DNA of 24,836 nt from Catajapyx aquilonaris (taxonomy: Eukaryota). Numbering within the stretch: the stretch's first letter is position 1; the number at the start of each line of letters is the position of its first letter. A program made the position numbers and the translations under genes. The notes under the pieces are model-generated. The model ran no database searches and had not been told where the DNA came from. It was given only the letters and a program-made list of their open reading frames with translations. This document shows, piece by piece, positions 22,064-24,836 of the stretch. The DNA is taken from the NCBI GenBank assembly GCA_000934665.2, contig KZ538361.1, forward strand, positions 62,001 through 86,836, read 5' to 3'.

Positions 22064-22534
22064 ATGACGTATTCCTGTAGAATGGTCAAAGCGAAGTGAA
22101 CTGACAATATTATCGATTTCATTATATGTTAATTTGACTTAAAATATGCTCTTCTAAAATTTGACCTTTTCTAGTTTTCTTAAAAATTGAAGTAAAACTC
22201 CTGCAGTTCGTTTTCATTAGCCATTTGAAATTTTAAATATTAATACTACGTATATGCAATTTCGCAAACATTTCTCTATACCCCTGCATCTCACAGTCAG
22301 TTCTTAAATTCAATAGCTTTAATGTTTTATACATCTTCTTCACAAAAGATCATCCGTGAGTTGGCTATATCCGGAGTCCATATCTTCGGTAACATCCAGT
22401 AAAGTCTCTATCAATTTTTAAATATTTTCATCGACTTCATTTATGAAATGAGAAAGTTACATAGGCTATGTTTACCAACTATTTGACTCACCCACTTATA
22501 ACTATATTCCAATTTAGTGGCATATTGCAAAGTA

Positions 22535-22721
22535 CGAGGGCTGTCCAAAAAGTATCCGATCTTAATTTTTTTCGCGTAAAAAATAAAAAACAGGAGGTGT
22601 CCTCTGGTGGGTAGGTGTGGAGTACCTTCATGAGTGACCGAGGGTACTAGGCCACCGTCGGATTTTCATTTTCCCGCGAAAATGACGGAACGACATGAAC
22701 AGTGGTACGACCCAATTTTGA
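22535..22721 (+). mobile_element. Truncated mariner 5' end (TIR, UTR, first transposase codons)
   Basis: TA+cgagggctgtccaaaaagtatcc is a typical mariner terminus. ATG at 22682 gives MTERHEQWY, resembling mariner N-termini MTERxEQRxxIKFC. No right end found. Confidence 0.7.
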
Positions 22722-22729
22722 CTAGAGTG

Positions 22730-22924
22730 CAGTGGCGGATCCATTGGGGGGGGGGGGNNNNNNNNNNNNNNNNNNNNNNNNNNNNNNNNNNNNNNNNNNN
22801 NNNNNNNNNNNNNNNNNNNNNNNNNNNNNNNNNNNNNNNNNNNNNNNNNNNNNNNNNNNNNNNNNNNNNNNNNNNNNNNNNNNNNNCCCCCCCCCCCCAA
22901 CAACGACGTCTAGATCCGCCACTG
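22730..22924. mobile_element. hAT-type MITE with 8-bp TSD, spanning an assembly gap
   Basis: TIR cagtggcggatc / gatccgccactg. Exact TSD ctagagtg at 22722-22729 and 22925-22932. Poly-G and poly-C tracts flank N gap 22758-22886. Confidence 0.92.
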
Positions 22925-23080
22925 CTAGAGTGAATAGGTCTACTGTATTTATCTCGATATAATATTATGTCTGCTGCATAAAAGTAAGTTCCATAACTCA
23001 AAGTGCCATACGACAATGTACCCTTTTTCTAGAGCTGTCAACGAATGAGGAATACAGCAATGACAACACAATCATAATAA

Positions 23081-23340
23081 GGGAGACGAAGTGGCGCTGC
23101 GATAACGTAGGCGCCCACGGATGTTAAGGTCCCGGGATCAAATCCCGCCCGGGTTTCCCTCCTTCATCATGTGCAGAGTTGGGCCATCTCTAGCTTCGTC
23201 TCGGGTGGAGATTTCCGCTAGACTAATCTACCCAGGGGAGTTCACAAAATGACCAAGCAACGACATTGCACTTGCACTTTGCACATCCCCTCCTACTAAA
23301 TGATCAGTGTATGGGATTAATATGCACTATACAATGTCAT
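23081..23340 (+). mobile_element. Degenerate tRNA-derived SINE (third family)
   Basis: A-box-like tggcgctgcg (23092), B-box-like ggatcaaatcc (23135-23145) at tRNA spacing, and an L2-tail-like end ggattaatatgcactatacaat. No clear TSD. Confidence 0.55.
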
Positions 23341-23449
23341 ATCCGTCTTGGCAGAATCAACAAATTTCCCGGACATTATGACCATTCCTGACTCTCTGTC
23401 GGCATTGGAAGCCCTTCTCTCAGCAGTACTGAAAAGAAGCGCAATGATT

Positions 23450-24420
23450 GTATCACGCGACCTTGTTTGTCAATGCCAATAATAAACCTCGTGTCCAAGA
23501 CATGAGACGGAATACAATTTGCGAGTACTGTGCCCGTCTCCCAAGTTGGTACATGAATTGCAGTGTATACTTGTCAAAAAAAATTCCGACATGTTTCATA
23601 AAATCATTCGCCTGGATTATTTTTGCTCTCCAAGTACATGCCAACTTAATAGGAAGCATTGTTGTAATTACTTGGCATGTGCCTTTTTCCATTTTAGGTG
23701 CAGATGTTGGAACATAGCAGCGTCTACAAGTAGATTTATTAAGTGGGCGTGCTATCTGATAAATTATTTTGTTCGCCGGATAACTGAGTGCTTTCGAGCA
23801 TACATGTAAAGTATAAAAATTCACTTATAGATAATACGAAATCCTGGCTACTCTGAAGAACGTGTATAGAACGTTCCAACTTGTTTTATTTTCAAGCCTG
23901 AACAATGTGGTGGAAGAGTGAAACCTCAGTGTTCCATTGTACCTTCTGCCATTAATAAATTCTGATTACATTGTTGTTTTAATGTCCCCTTAAATTATTA
24001 CAAGAGTAAATCAGTTTTGCGCCAGATTGATTCATACAAAAACGCGAAACCAGAGAACAAAAATATCGTGTTATGTCAAGTAGGGCTTTTCTCCATAGGA
24101 TTTTCCAAGTTGCAGCCCAGTCCACCACGAAAGTTGTGTAAATGTCCACCACCACGGACACTCCCCGGAAATGTGCTGTTATCGATTGTCTGGTTGCAGA
24201 GACCACGCCATTCGGTGAAACTTTCAAACATCATTTAGTGAAGTGATGAGGCAATGGACAGGACCACTGGGTCTCTCGTGTAAACAGCCAGTAAAAATCC
24301 CAGTCCCCCCAACTTTTCTAGACTGGATCTTATACAGTAGAATAGTTTACCTTAACAATCGGCGAATGATCTCTGTAATTATTGTCGCCTCTTTGCCTGA
24401 TGAATCTAAAATGTACGCAA
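23450..24420 (-). mobile_element. Ancient non-LTR retrotransposon RT relic (Jockey/I-like group, tentative)
   Basis: Collinear minus-strand motifs: KEATII (about 24390), VVVDIYTTFVVDW...LVSRFCMNQS (motif A; ORF 23979-24227), ggaacactgaggtttcactcttccaccacattgttc resembling GTPQGSxLSPTLF (about 23936-23901), YMYA..TQL resembling YADDTQL (about 23808-23780), and KHVGIFFDK resembling KYLGIxFD (ORF 23453-23824). Confidence 0.6.
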
Positions 24421-24710
24421 AACATTCTAAATTAAAATTCCAAACTGTAAATTACAGAACAATGCTTAAAACAGTGTAAGCAAAGTAATCCATGGTGCGT
24501 TTCCAAATAAGATCTCGAGAAAAGGCCTTAGCGAAAGAGTGAACGAATCTCAATGGGCTGTTGAATCCACGGACCAATGGGGCTCAATACTTGCACACAG
24601 AAAAATGGCCGCGTCAGGTGACACGCTATGGTAGTCAGTTGACGATATCCAGTTTGACTCGCCAAGCAGAGTCAGTTCACTCTCCAAACAAGTCGCCTGA
24701 CACCTCAGGG

Positions 24711-24831
24711 GAGTCAAAGGACCACCCGCACCCCTCCCCGAACTGCTCTGACTATCCTGGCGGGTCCACTGATGACCCGACAGGATAGTCAGAGCAGTTC
24801 GGGGAGGGGTGGTCCTTTGACTCGCCAGGAT
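24711..24831. repeat. Near-perfect GC-rich palindromic element
   Basis: gagtcaaaggaccaccc(gcaccc)ctccccgaactgctctgactatcctggcgggtc, a 7-nt loop cactgat, then the reverse complement to 24823. Confidence 0.88.
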
Positions 24832-24836
24832 GGTCG

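Noticed and set aside
12216..24790. Hammerhead ribozyme cores (CTGANGA near 12215, 13300, 17270 minus, 24769)
   Set aside because: None has a proper stem II followed by GAAA and stem III.

Overview
This looks like AT-rich animal (probably invertebrate) genomic DNA. I found no intact protein-coding gene, rRNA, bona fide tRNA or CRISPR array. The window is a transposon graveyard. It holds about ten fold-back MITE-like elements (mostly TA-flanked Tc1/mariner/pogo-type, one CACTG-ended element, one hAT element with an 8-bp target duplication) and three tRNA-derived SINEs, two with clear target-site duplications (TSDs). There are also two heavily decayed non-LTR reverse-transcriptase relics, a mariner 5' end and a possible hAT transposase relic. 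The best leads are: (1) a decayed multi-exon + strand gene at about 14.3-16.7 kb, split by a MITE, whose translation resembles RNase III plus a dsRNA-binding domain; (2) strong enrichment of TAGGCCTA/TAGGCTA/TAGCCTA words that behave like transposon excision footprints, one of which adds exactly 6 bp and a stop to that gene; (3) two diverged CAGGGTG-ended MITEs sharing a 60-bp core and a side hairpin at the same node; (4) a MITE carrying outward-facing CTCF-like motifs. All protein-family calls come from by-eye motif comparison of degraded frames, not database searches.
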